This document shows, in pieces, positions 51,651 through 51,699 of a stretch of DNA of 51,699 nucleotides. The DNA is taken from the NCBI RefSeq assembly GCF_001194135.2, contig NC_068991.1, positions 17,446,996-17,498,694 on the forward strand, written 5' to 3'. How positions within the stretch are numbered: the stretch's first letter is position 1; each line of letters begins with the position of its first letter. A program made the position numbers and the translations under genes. The notes under the pieces were generated by a model, which was given only the letters and a program-made list of their open reading frames with translations, was not told where the DNA came from and ran no database searches. Source of the DNA: Octopus bimaculoides. Taxonomy: Eukaryota.

Positions 51651-51699
<49 letters not shown>

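Noticed and set aside
42-51656. Dozens of ORFs rich in YI/HT/CV/RE repeats
   Set aside because: They are translations of (TA)n, (CA)n, (TG)n and (GA)n microsatellites, with no protein-like complexity.
51541-51660. ~54-bp tandem duplication near the window end, and CRISPR-like spacing generally
   Set aside because: It is a higher-order repeat of compound microsatellite; there is no repeat-spacer array or prokaryotic gene content anywhere in the window.

Overview
AT-rich animal genomic DNA with dense microsatellites and several N gaps. The SINE repertoire, repeat landscape and TTAGGG repeats suggest a cephalopod, most likely Octopus; this is inference, not a database result. The one confidently reconstructed gene is a minus-strand NUDT14 (UDP-glucose/ADP-ribose Nudix pyrophosphatase) spanning 22848-39422, spliced by hand into a 210-aa ORF (exons 81/44/65/214/229 nt). 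The main discovery is that it carries two homologous 44-nt copies of exon 2 (35001-35044 and 29186-29229) that behave like mutually exclusive exons. They differ at predicted ligand-contacting positions (W34 vs I34, A40 vs H40), and including both or neither gives a premature stop in exon 4. A second, unidentified minus-strand gene has phase-compatible exons at 4594-4666 and 3950-4134 and a candidate CCAAT x3 + TATA promoter near 7.1 kb. The rest is mobile DNA: decayed Tx1, RTE and Penelope-like retroelements, a truncated mariner, at least five SINE families and several small inverted-repeat elements. Most ORFs in the supplied track are microsatellite or N-gap artefacts. Repeat boundaries without TSDs are approximate.
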